From Nemertoderma westbladi (lineage: Eukaryota > Animalia > Xenacoelomorpha), in the NCBI GenBank assembly GCA_032718475.1, contig JAUCBJ010000709.1, positions 2,866 through 66,865 on the forward strand: 64,000 nt of DNA, in the 5' to 3' direction. The number at the start of each line of letters is the position of its first letter. Position 1 is the first letter of the stretch. The notes beneath the pieces were generated by a model. That model was not told the origin of the DNA. It searched no databases and saw nothing but the letters and a program-made list of their open reading frames with translations. Shown here one piece after another: positions 22,901 through 35,288 of the stretch. The position numbers were made by a program, and so were the translations under genes.

Positions 22901-24550
22901 TTGTATGAGCGGGATATCTGCTGCTTCTACCTTATTGGAAGGCAGCAAGGCAGGACGATATCGTTGGCTAAGTCGGTGTCTGTGATTGTATGAGCGGGAT
23001 ATCTGCTGCTTCTACCTTATTGGAAGGCAGCAAGGCAGGACGATATCGTTGGCTAAGTCGGTGTCTGTGATTGTATGAGCGGGATATCTGCTGCTTCTAC
23101 CTTATTGGAAGGCAGCAAGGCAGGACGATATCGTTGGCTAAGTCGGTGTCTGTGATTGTATGAGCGGGATATCTGCTGCTTCTACCTTATTGGAAGGCAG
23201 CAAGGCAGGACGATATCGTTGGCTAAGTCGGTGTCTGTGATTGTATGAGCGGGATATCTGCTGCTTCTACCTTATTGGAAGGCAGCAAGGCAGGACGATA
23301 TCGTTGGCTAAGTCGGTGTCTGTGATTGTATGAGCGGGATATCTGCTGCTTCTACCTTATTGGAAGGCAGCAAGGCAGGACGATATCGTTGGCTAAGTCG
23401 GTGTCTGTGATTGTATGAGCGGGATATCTGCTGCTTCTACCTTATTGGAAGGCAGCAAGGCAGGACGATATCGTTGGCTAAGTCGGTGTCTGTGATTGTA
23501 TGAGCGGGATATCTGCTGCTTCTACCTTATTGGAAGGCAGCAAGGCAGGACGATATCGTTGGCTAAGTCGGTGTCTGTGATTGTATGAGCGGGATATCTG
23601 CTGCTTCTACCTTATTGGAAGGCAGCAAGGCAGGACGATATCGTTGGCTAAGTCGGTGTCTGTGATTGTATGAGCGGGATATCTGCTGCTTCTACCTTAT
23701 TGGAAGGCAGCAAGGCAGGACGATATCGTTGGCTAAGTCGGTGTCTGTGATTGTATGAGCGGGATATCTGCTGCTTCTACCTTATTGGAAGGCAGCAAGG
23801 CAGGACGATATCGTTGGCTAAGTCGGTGTCTGTGATTGTATGAGCGGGATATCTGCTGCTTCTACCTTATTGGAAGGCAGCAAGGCAGGACGATATCGTT
23901 GGCTAAGTCGGTGTCTGTGATTGTATGAGCGGGATATCTGTTGCTTCTACCTTATTGGAAGGCAGCAAGGCAGGACGATATCGTTGGCTAAGTCGGTGTC
24001 TGTGATTGTATGAGCGGGATATCTGCTGCTTCTACCTTATTGGAAGGCAGCAAGGCAGGACGATATCGTTGGCTAAGTCGGTGTCTGTGATTGTATGAGC
24101 GGGATATCTGCTGCTTCTACCTTATTGGAAGGCAGCAAGGCAGGACGATATCGTTGGCTAAGTCGGTGTCTGTGATTGTATGAGCGGGATATCTGCTGCT
24201 TCTACCTTATTGGAAGGCAGCAAGGCAGGACGATATCGTTGGCTAAGTCGGTGTCTGTGATTGTATGAGCGGGATATCTGCTGCTTCTACCTTATTGGAA
24301 GGCAGCAAGGCAGGACGATATCGTTGGCTAAGTCGGTGTCTGTGATTGTATGAGCGGGATATCTGCTGCTTCTACCTTATTGGAAGGCAGCAAGGCAGGA
24401 CGATATCGTTGGCTAAGTCGGTGTCTGTGATTGTATGAGCGGGATATCTGCTGCTTCTACCTTATTGGAAGGCAGCAAGGCAGGACGATATCATTGGCTA
24501 AGTCGGTGTCTGTGATTGTATGAGCGGGATATCTGCTGCTTCTATCTTAT
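19936..24550. repeat. 85-bp satellite, about 54 near-identical copies
   Basis: Unit GGGATATCTGCTGCTTCTACCTTATTGGAAGGCAGCAAGGCAGGACGATATCGTTGGCTAAGTCGGTGTCTGTGATTGTATGAGC. Confidence 0.98.
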
Positions 24551-24633
24551 AGGACCTTATCGCAATCGGATAGTAAACAACGTATCAATGTATTATGGTT
24601 TCAGCCATACATTTCATTACTGAACTTTGTATT

Positions 24634-24902
24634 ATGGACACATTATTGGGGGTGTCATGGACACATTATTGGGGGTGTCATGGACACATTATTGGGTGTG
24701 TCATGGACACATTAATGGGGGTGTCATGGACACAGTATTAGGGGTGTCATGGACACATTATTGGGGGTGTCATGGACACATTATTGGGGGTGTCATGGAC
24801 ACATTATTGGGGGTGTCATGGACACATTATTGGTGGTGTCATGGACACATTATTGGGGGTGTCATACACACATTATTGGGGGTGTCATGGACACATTATT
24901 GG
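24634..24902. repeat. 23-bp minisatellite, about 11-12 copies
   Basis: Unit ATGGACACATTATTGGGGGTGTC. Confidence 0.95.
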
Positions 24903-25067
24903 ATGGGCAGTACGGTCTGCCACCTCTGCTGTGCACCAGTTCAATAATGTTATATTAAGTATCACTAGATGACTTAGAATTTCATTTTACCCAATTATGA
25001 TAAAAATAACTCAGACTTTATAGATGTAGGTTATCAGGTAGTATTTCCAGGTCTCCCTTTTACCAGA

Positions 25068-25135
25068 GCCGCTAGCTTAATGGTTAGAGCGTCAGATTTC
25101 CAACCCGGAGGTCACCAGTTCGATCCCACATGGAC
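25068..25135 (+). mobile_element. tRNA-derived SINE head or tRNA pseudogene
   Basis: A box TAGCTTAATGGTTAGAGC, B box AGTTCGATCCC; no intact cloverleaf. Confidence 0.6.
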
Positions 25136-26266
25136 ATCATTGCCGTCAAATTTGTGTCGAACAAAAGTTATAATTGCGAGTGTGTTATACAACCCGGCGT
25201 ATTCCGGCGTATCAAAATGCCAACAAGGGAAGTCAAAGTGATGCTGGAAATTATAGAGGATTATGATCTCCCTTTTTTTTTTAGCATCCTTTGTTAATTA
25301 TTTACATCGTTAGTTAATGCTAGGTTCGGTTAGGATATTGGGAATCTGCATTTGGTGTCCTAGTTGAATTTCGGGCTTGTTTTCGTCCTGGCTATAGCGA
25401 ATTATAGTTCATATTACATACAATTGTAGATCACAAGGTTGGTTCAGCAGGAGAGCAACGATCTGTTGTGGGTTTCCGAAAAGCGTTTGAAAAAGTAGAT
25501 CTTTGAATAAAACTAGATTAACTAGGCTCCTCTGGCAAGCTACAAACCATGGTCAAATATATATACAAGGAAGTAAAATCGCGTGTGCTGAGATGATGAG
25601 AAATCAGGTAGTCTCCGCCAAGGTGAGTCTCTCTCGCCATTACTATTTACAATTTTTATTAACGATCTTGAACTTGATCTCTCCAAAAGAAACTATCCAG
25701 ATCTGGATGTAGGAACTTTTAAACTCTTAATCCTTTTATCAGAAAGGTGATACCAGACAAAGTTGGTCTTAAATTACAGAGAAATTAAAGACAACAAATT
25801 TATAAGATAATAATTAATAAAATAAGTAATTATAAAATAATTATAAGAAAATAAGTTTACTAAGAAAGAATTTCCTACGGCGATATTAATTGTGTTATTC
25901 AACCCACCAGTACTGATGGTTTAAAGTTGTAGATGATTATTGCGCGGGCTGATGGGGTAGATCAACACGCTTCCCTTGCGTACTTCAATGCCTGTTGGGT
26001 TTGCCTTTCAGCTCAAGAGAGCCTTGTGTGTATAGCAACCATCCCAAGCGAAATTCATGAAATTTTCAAGATTTCATCTTTGCTGACAAAAATATAATGA
26101 TTGCTTTACAAACGAGGCTCATACATTCTCGGTATAGTGACTGCAGAATGCGCTGATGCAGATGAATCGAGAAGTTATATATAGCTGATGGCGGCCAACT
26201 GTATCCTAGTGTGTGGCTGATGTAAGTATGTATGTATACTACTACACCAAATTTGTAGACATTCAT

Positions 26267-29200
26267 TACACGTTCGTGGGGCCTTCGCGCAGCACGAGGC
26301 CCAGTTATGAGATACAAATTAAAATTGTGCGACTGTATCACAAAATCAGGTTATGAGAGATTAACCCACACCACCAATTAATCAAAGAAAGGGGGACAGT
26401 ACGTGTTCACCCCTTTTAATCTGCACCCCCCCCCCCCCTCCCTTCCCACCCACCAATACATAACCGCGACATCTACCACCCACGGAAGGGTAGCACGAAC
26501 TTATTTCCAAACGCACGTTAAATATGCAAAGCCAGGTGGTTTATAGGAATATAATCAATGCAGTACTCGTCTTCATTATAAGCCTCTTTGCGTTCGACCT
26601 GTTTTGTATTAAAATATATTTATTAAACGCAGGCTGACGCTCTTTATAATAATAATACCTAGGGATGCCAGCTTCCAGACTTTCAATCTTTACTGCCACG
26701 CAAACCCCGCAGAGGAAGTTTTGGTTTGAGAGATCAAGCCCATCGGCAATTGGTGTTTCAATTTCGGTCCAGGAACTCTGACAATGGGAGCATTCAATCT
26801 TAGCTGTGGTCCATTCCCGTGGTTTCGGCTTCCTTTTCTTCGTCCCAATGACAGATTCTTCTGAAGACGTTCGATTCGCTTTCAGTTTATTGTTGGCGTT
26901 TGTGTTTTGAAGTTGTATTCGAGTGGACAGTCGCGCCGGTTTCGAGGTAACCATACCGACCTGTGATAAGCGTTGGTTTTGTTGAGTGCCGGTATTCATC
27001 TTCTCTCACCTCTTCAATGTCAGATGTTGCAAATACTGATAACACGAATAACGGTATATATTTCAATACTTGTCAATAGTAATATATATAATTTAGATAA
27101 CTATTTTATATCTGTACTGTTGAGCAAACTCTACATAAATTCCAACCTGTGTATCGCCGGTAGTGCTGTTGCTGTGCAAGTGCTGAAGTGCTTGTTGCCA
27201 CCGGTCAGCCGGTACCGGTAGTATGGTGGTACCATGGCCTACTACACACAGGCCATGACAAGGACTTTGCTGTGAAATTAGCGTAGGCTGACTGCTGAAT
27301 TATCAAATATTATATTTTCCACGAATGCAGGATCCATATTTAAAAGAAGATGACTAGATTTTCGTAAGTAATTTAATTGAAACAGTATTTAATAATTAAT
27401 TAATTAATTATCGCTAGAGTTCCTGCAGCTTTTATTTGTTTGTGGCTGCCTCTGGCTATGTTTGTGGCAGGAATGTTTGAACGCTTATAAGTCAGTCAAT
27501 CAACCAAACTTGGTACACATGTAGTCTATAAAAAATTTAGAAATTCTACACACAGACAGACTTCTACAGTTCCCCTGTCTGCCGCTAGGGGGCGAATTAA
27601 CAGAAACGTAAAAATAGCTGTAATTATAGAACCAAAGATCAGATTCATCTGAAATTTAGTAGTAGTTACCTAAGAGTATTGCTTAATTAGAAATTCTACA
27701 GAGACTTTTACAGTTCCTGTCTGCCGCTAGTGGGGAATTGTTAAAGCTCCAGTTCAACGTGCTTAGTACGGTTTAATAAACAATAAATTAATTATTTTAT
27801 TCAATACAGTAATTATAACAGTAAAATGCAATGTATTCTATTTTTTAGTAAAATCAAGAGATAGGAGGGGGGTGGGACTGGACGCAAATCCCATCTTGGC
27901 GAATTAATATCCCGCCTCAATATTAATTTCTCAATTTTGGGAAAGGAGCAGGTTACAGTGGCACGTTATTTTAACCAAAACAATAAAGTAAACACAATAG
28001 AACAGGTTACAGTTTTATTTTTGAGAGTAATCAGCTGTTGTTATTTGCGTCCAATTTCCCCTGGAGAGGGATTAATTTTTATTGCGTCCAGCCCCCCCCC
28101 CCCCCCCCCCCCCCCCTATCTTGAAATCAAATACCAAAAATATATTTATTATATGAACATATCTATTATATACATATCATATCATATCATATCATCATAT
28201 CTAACATATATATTATATGAATATATCTATTTGGAAATTGTAAGTTCGGCCTATCTCTTTACCATAAGCTCAGTATCTTTATCTGGTGTGTTTTTATTAT
28301 TTTACCAATTATTTAATACGTTTGATATAATTAAACAACACCATCCAACACAACCAACTCTCTATCCGCCTCGAGCTGTCGAGCATCGAGAATACGAGAA
28401 ACTCGATCGAAATACCTGCTTATCCCAGTAGTATCCGAGTAAAGAGTATCAGAGAACGTAATCCAGTGTGATACAAGTATGCCCGACATTCAACCATTTC
28501 CCCCAGGCGATACCAGGATCCGGGCCGCCATTAAACCCAGATCGCAATCCTCGTCGATTCGTCCAGTCGTCGACGTAAGTCAGTAAGTGGGACTCTTCCC
28601 ACCGCACTCCAAGGTGGGTGACCGGAGTGAGGCATGAGGAACTTGGCAGTGGCCCGCATTATGATCTGACCGACCGCCGTATTCCCAGTGTCTGAGTGTA
28701 GTAAATACCCAAATAGAATCGTACTGACAAACAAGCAATTCCGTAGCACTGCGTAGTATTCCCCCGTTAATCACCTCTTGAAGCAACTCGGCTGCTCGGG
28801 TCCAGATACATCTGACTGTCGGGAGCGTTTCAGACAGTAATGGCAGAATGGAGCGGCATTTGCGAATATTTCCAATGGTTTTATAATAAATAAGGGGATT
28901 AAATGCTAAAACAAATGGATTATTCCTAACCCCACCCCAATACCAGTATACCTAACAGTATATAGCTTGTACCACAGTACCATAATCTGATAATCAGCAC
29001 AGTCAGCCTACGCTAATTTCACAGCAAAGTCCTTGTCATGGCCTGTGTGTAGTAGGCCATGGGTGGTACCTACGGTGCGCACTACAACTGACAATGGCAG
29101 TGCAGCAATACGGTGTACCATGTCAATGCAGCAATGACTGAATGATTAGCGGTAACTATCTAAACTATTATATTATTATTACCGGTGCCGGTACTGGGCT

Positions 29201-29718
29201 AATTAGGCCTAAACTTTAATCACCGCAAGGGTTGCCGGGGTTAATTAGATTACATGATATGGCATGTCTGCAGTGTATGGTACCGGCTGACCAGTATTGC
29301 AGTATTGACTGATTGCAGGATTCTCGATTCAGGGATTGAGTACAGCCTGACAGTACCGGTACACATGGTACATGCAGACAACCCCAATGTATTGCAAAAT
29401 TTGTCAGAAACACAGCTGATTTATCCTACAGTAATAATAATTTAACGCATTTTAAATTTGGATAAATAAATTTATTACAACTGCAATAACAGTTACACTG
29501 ATGCTGCACGAAGACCCCACGCAAATTCTACTTGGAAAATTTTCAAACTTTTGCCAAACAACATGTGTACCAAGTTTGGATAGATTTCATCAAGGATTGG
29601 CCGAGTTATTAACGTTTAAAATAAAATACTGAAAAAAAACGCGACAGAACGACAGAACGACAGGTTGATTAATGGTACCCCTACGCTAAGGCTCACTCAC
29701 TTCGTGGCTCGCCCCACA
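26267..29718 (+). mobile_element. Putative non-autonomous Helentron/HINE-like element (hosts the P-type MITE)
   Basis: Head ACACGTTCGTGGGG… shared with 40269 and 50021; tail has GACAGAAC repeats and GGCTC…CTCGCCCCAC, complementary to the head GTGGGG. Family assigned from architecture only. Confidence 0.45.
27233..29061. mobile_element. Non-autonomous P-superfamily DNA transposon, 1829 bp
   Basis: Perfect ~61-bp TIRs CATGGCCTACTACACACAGGCCATGACAAGG…; 8-bp TSD GGTGGTAC (27225-27232 and 29062-29069); termini resemble the P element at 35289. Confidence 0.88.
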
Positions 29719-30158
29719 ACATATAGCATTTCCAGTTCTGAGCTGCTATCTGAGTTGGGAATGGTCAGAGATCGTTAGGACCTTTAGTAGTGTGTGATAG
29801 CATCAGCTATGCAATTTATAATTACGCATCACGACGGCGAAAGATAACAATACTAGCAATGCTACTGACTGCTTTCTCTTGCCACATTATATTACAGCTA
29901 CAACATTATTCTAGCACTAAAAAAATTAAAAATTAACTAAATAAAAGTTGTGCAATGTAAAAAATGTAAATTATATAGATTGCAGGATTTTTGCGTAACT
30001 TATATAGAAAAAATATACAAGCTCTCTGTGAGCTTTTGATTTGATCTGAACTGTTAGAGCTCCAGACTTCCATCATCCTGGAGGTCATCCATTCGATCCA
30101 TGCTCGATACATGCTCAATACCTAGTTTGAAATATAATGTGCTAAACAAAATGAAAAC

Positions 30159-30486
30159 AATATATTAATCTACTCATTGACCAATAATATATTAATCTAC
30201 TCACTGACCAATAATATATTAATCTACTCATTGACCAATAATATATTAATCTACTCATTGACCAATAATATATTAATCTACTCATTGACCAATAATATAT
30301 TAATCTACTCATTGACCAATAATATATTCATCTACTCATTGACCAATAATATATTAATCTACTCACTGGCCAATAATATATTAATCTACTCATTGACCAA
30401 TAATATATTAATCTACTCATTGACCAATAATATATTAATCTACTCATTGACCAATAATATATTAATCTACTCATTGACCAATAATA
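30159..30486. repeat. 27-bp minisatellite, about 12 copies
   Basis: Unit TTGACCAATAATATATTAATCTACTCA. Confidence 0.95.
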
Positions 30487-31914
30487 GAAACAATAACAAT
30501 GTTATTGATAGAACATGATCAGCGAATGTTTAAATTAGGGTGATTTAACGTTTCCTGCAGCTCGGATATTGTTATTAGATTTAAGTTTTATATTGTTCCC
30601 TTTCAGGTTACAGCCCAGCACACTCAAATGTTTTTTTTCAGATTAATAAAGCAAATTAATAACCTACTGAACCAATTGACCATGGAAACATAAAACTTAT
30701 TACAAAAGATGACTGACTGAATCACTCAGCCATGATATACAATCAAATGGAATACCGGTAGGTAGCCAATCAAATGAACTTTTTATGCATTTATGGGTGG
30801 GTTTTCAGAGTATATATTTAAAGCATTATGCGGCAGAGATACATTATATTTTCGCTGAGCATGTTTAACAAACGGATTATTATTAACCAGAAAGTAATTA
30901 ATGTTAATAAATAATATTATTTTACGCTAAAACATTGATTTTAAATAAATAAATAATATAATAATTATATTAAATAAAATCAAATAAATAAAGGAATAAT
31001 TATTCGATATATAAAAGTAAGCGAAAAACACCGCTTTTTTCACTAATTTTCAATTAAGCGAAATTCAACTATTCTATCCGAGTGATAGAGTTTTACACGA
31101 TTTGGAAGGTGTTTACGAAAATTCCAACGAGTGAAAAACTTAACACACGAAGGCAGAGTATCTAAATTATTTCTATCGAATATAATATTGTTTTATTTGA
31201 ACCAAACAAATATCACCAGCGTTATCACTGTTTACGACGTATAATATTACTATATTTAAAAACGGAATCTGAAATAAATATAACCAACGCAACTTGAAAA
31301 ATCTTCCGAAATTGAAATAAAAAATATAATAATTTGTTCTTGAATTGCCGTAATTATTATTTAGAAAAAGTTTAACGGCCCCTTTCTCGGCAGTTATATC
31401 AAGTCTTTCGATAATCTGTCTGAACTGACATAACTGCGAGTAAGACTGAAGATCTGGCGACACATTTTCCGTCAGTACTTCGATCTCAGATGCTGATGCA
31501 CTCCTCTTAGTTGGAGAATGGCGGTTCTCTTTCTCGTCCACCGTGCACATTTGTAAGGCCATTCTTTTATGCTGTTTAAATTAGTTAAACAAAGACTTTG
31601 TAACTAATTTTCCTCAAAATTAGTTAAAAAAGACTTCTTAAAACTAATTTTATGGAAATTGGTGAAAAAAAAAGTTAGATTAATTAACTCAATTATAAAA
31701 ATATTAGTGGGAAAAAAAGCCTTTTTCAAATAAAATAATTATTATGTAAGATATTTCAAAATAGTAATAATACTGAGTTGTTTAGAAACATACTAAGTAT
31801 ATTAATCACACACTCTTTGATATTCATAAGATATTAATAAATGTAGCAGTCCCAGTACCATACATATACCATGTACGGTTTCAATATAAAAACATTACCA
31901 CATTTCACCACCTC

Positions 31915-32223
31915 CTGCTTTTTGTAATCTGTGACACGAAACACCGGAGGCAACCCGAAGGCTCCTCTCTCTTGGCTGTTACCTGTAAGGCAGAGAGAGC
32001 GCCTCACTAACTCCCAGGGTTAAACACTCCGTAACTATCGATCCCTTTCTTTACTCCCCCAGCAGGTTCCCATTGTACCGCGTGCTTTGCGTTGTCTAAA
32101 GTCCTCGGCTTAGGAATATAACAGTAGGAAATTCTTACTGCCTTTGGTCGGGTTGGAACCTGCGCCGCCAAACACTATTGTAAAACCGGTTCAGGTGCTG
32201 TATCCTCTCGGACACGGCGACTC
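31915..32223 (-). mobile_element. tRNA(Ser/Leu-like)-derived SINE
   Basis: Minus strand GTGTCCGAGAGG (A box)…GGTTCCAACCC (B box) with long variable-arm spacing, then a GC-richer body. The 3' end is approximate. Confidence 0.55.
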
Positions 32224-32699
32224 TTGCAGCTAAAAGGACTGAAAGCGAAAATTCGGATTCACCCAAGAAGCGTATGGAGTCTGAATGAGATATAGTCAAA
32301 AAGTGCATCAGCGGCGGCCGTTAGAATTGTCAAAATTATAAATGTGACTTGTGCTATTGAGTCTTGTTTATTGTTTTGGTTAGAATAACGTGCTACTGTA
32401 AACTGATCCTTTCCTTTAATCTACATATTCTCACCTCCGTCCTGGAACCGGTAGGGGTGTCAAACTATCGCAGTTTAAAATTTCATACAATCTCATTAAG
32501 ATTACTTGAAAATTAGAGGGAGGGAGATGGGAAGGGAGGGTCTGTCTCACTGAATTTCGACGCTATATTCAGTACATGGTGTATGTCACGTTTGTTTTTT
32601 TTCACAAAGAATGCAACTATTCGAAACGGTGCTTGGTATATCTGATTTTAAATTTTGATTGAAAGTTTGTATTTCGATATTTAATTGAACAGGACTATA

Positions 32700-33019
32700 A
32701 TGACTACAAAACAAAATGCATCGCTTAATAATAATAATAAAACGAAGAAACAGAAAAATCGCGATATCAGATCCAATGCAGTTAGCCCGGCAACAAGCGA
32801 TGAAATTAAATTCTCTAAAAGTTTCCAGAAAAAAGAACAATTCCTTCAACATGAGGCTGTTTTGAACAGCCACATGTTGCCCTCACAACCTCGCAATACG
32901 AAAAGGAAATGGCACGAATTATTCCTGCGTCAAAGGATGGTAGTAAAGCAATGGGCGCAAGGGACAACTCTTCATGGTATAGGGACTGTTGCCAATAACG
33001 ACAAGGCCAAATTCCTAAG
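32700..33019 (+). CDS. DEG/ENaC (ASIC-family) sodium channel, exon 1
   Basis: MTTKQ…QWAQGTTLHGIG (pre-TM1 HG motif)…FLR; phase-2 donor. The start codon is uncertain. Confidence 0.82.
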
Positions 33020-33339
33020 GTGCAGTACGAACGTTTGTATAATGGGCATTATTGGTTCACGGTCCTATTGACATAAGTGACCATGATTGCCGTACTGTGT
33101 TTGTGTGTCCGGTGTCCAGAGCGATATCTCTGTTAGTTAAGAATCAATCGAAACGAAATTTGGATTTGGCATCACGACGGCTCATACAGACAATTAGGTT
33201 TTGAGATGATATTTGTGCAATGCGAACGCTATTATTAGGGCAACAATTACTGAATTAGCATGAGACAGCGGGAAATTTACATTTTATAGCTGTTGTTACC
33301 GAGCTGCTTGTCAGCTCGTAGGCCAATTCCAATACTAAA

Positions 33340-33480
33340 CTGTACTACAGTATTGCAGTACTGTACTACAGTATTGCTGTACTGCAGTACTGTACTACAG
33401 TATTGCTGCACTGCAGTACTGCACTACAGTATTGCTGTACTGCAGTACTGCACTACAGTATTGCTGTACTGCAGTACTGT
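33340..33480. repeat. GTACTGCA/GTATTGC simple repeat
   Basis: Visible degenerate tandem motif. Confidence 0.8.
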
Positions 33481-33660
33481 TGTGTATAATTCTGATATAA
33501 GTAGGACCGTGAACCCGCCAGGCTTGCCAGCTTGTTTAAGTACGAGACTAGTTTTCATTGTGTTATTCACAATTGAATTTCATCCTTAGTTTACTCATGG
33601 AGAGGTGGATCCGAGATATGTGCTTTTTAATGTCATTAATTATAATTATAAATATTTTAG

Positions 33661-33834
33661 GATTTTGTGGTTGGCTTCTCTCATTGGCGCATGTTGTCTA
33701 TGTGGTTACCAAGGTAATGATGTTATAGTTAAATACAAAACCGAAGCAAAGAAGTCTTTAGTTAACTCCAAAGTTACAAATGGCACTGGTTTTCCATTTC
33801 CAAGCATAACAATTTGCAACAAGAATCCGTTCAG
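33661..33834 (+). CDS. DEG/ENaC exon 2 (TM1 and FPxxTxCN motif)
   Basis: ttttag|ILWLASLIGACCLCGYQ…FPFPSITICNKNPFR|gtaagt. Confidence 0.9.
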
Positions 33835-34420
33835 GTAAGTAAATTCCAAAAAGGTTCCATAATCACTGTCCTAACCATATCATATTCTGATATCCTTATC
33901 AGTCACCAAGAACCCTATCTGTACTCCCAGATTAACCCACATGGGAGATCTGTCTTGTCAAAGTTGTTGCAATGATCATAAAACCCGTGTGTGTGGTGTA
34001 GACCGTGAACCCCTGATGTTTTTAGAATGCACGAGTCGAGTGTTAAGAAATCATTCATCTTCATAGACATGTACAAAATAAAAAAGAGAGCCCCCATAAG
34101 ATATGGGAACAAATAAGTTGGTAACAGTTCCCAAGAAGGGCAACCTAACACTCATTGGATCTTTACGTATAATCTCGTTGATTTCGATTGCTTTAAAGAA
34201 CTCTACTACTGGCTTTGAAGATACGGATAATCTCGTGAAAGTCATGGGTGAAAGGGAGGTGTGGCGGCGCAATTTTGTCGATAAAATGCATGCTGCAATG
34301 GAGCATGCCGCACCAGCAATGCAGCGTGCCTATTACAGATATTCATAGGTTCCTAAATTTAATTAATTAATATTGGTTTTAGCTCCGGCTGTAAATAATA
34401 TATATAAAATTAATTTGTAG

Positions 34421-34591
34421 AGGTGGGGTTGTAGCCCAAATGTTCAAAGATCACCCAGATATGATCGCTAGACTTAACAACAATACCCTGACTTCAGAAG
34501 ACTTTGAGGCCGTACCTGCACTCCAAGGACCAAATCCAGTGACCGCCTGGATATATATGACAGGACATGAATTGAATACATCTCTGCTTAG
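34421..34591 (+). CDS. DEG/ENaC exon 3
   Basis: ttgtag|GGVVAQM…TGHELNTSLL(S)|gtatgt; phase consistent, GHxxxxxLLxC motif. Confidence 0.8.
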
Positions 34592-35288
34592 GTATGTTTA
34601 AAAAATTATAATTAAATAAAATACTATTACGAGTTCAGAACTTTCATATATTAAAGTAAATTATAATAAAAATTGGTATATTATAATTATTAAATATTCT
34701 TATTATCAATAATAAATAACAAAAACAATTGCTTGAGATACCAAACAATTAGCTTGTGGAGTTATAACGAACCTGCTTATTAATAGGCCAGGGTAGTTCT
34801 TGTCCAGAGTTGAGCCGTTCAAAAACACGATGTGGTTATGTGTGTGTGTGTGTGTGTATAACCATCCAATATCTCAAAAACTCAAGCAGGTACGCAAAAA
34901 TTTTAATAACAAACTCTCCATAAATTTTGGTTGCGCACAAGACTGTATATTTTTTGTGGCGTTTCGCTCAAGGGGCCACTGAAAAATAGCGGTTTTGAAA
35001 TTTAAAGTCGAATTTCACCGATTTCAACTCGTCGAGTATGCACCAACTTTTTATTTGAGATATTCAGTCATCTGAGCAACATATTTGAGCCTCAGAATCT
35101 CGTCAAATATCGCCAATCTCGCACAGAACGTCGCCAAAATTTGTTATTCCGGCAAAAAACGCACTAATTCGTCTAAAAGAGTAAATTATTGGTTGCAGAA
35201 TAATATGATTCAACTAGAAAAGACCGTCCATATAGACAAACGTTGAAACGTAGTGTAGTTGGGTCCCTCATCATTCATTATCATCAAC

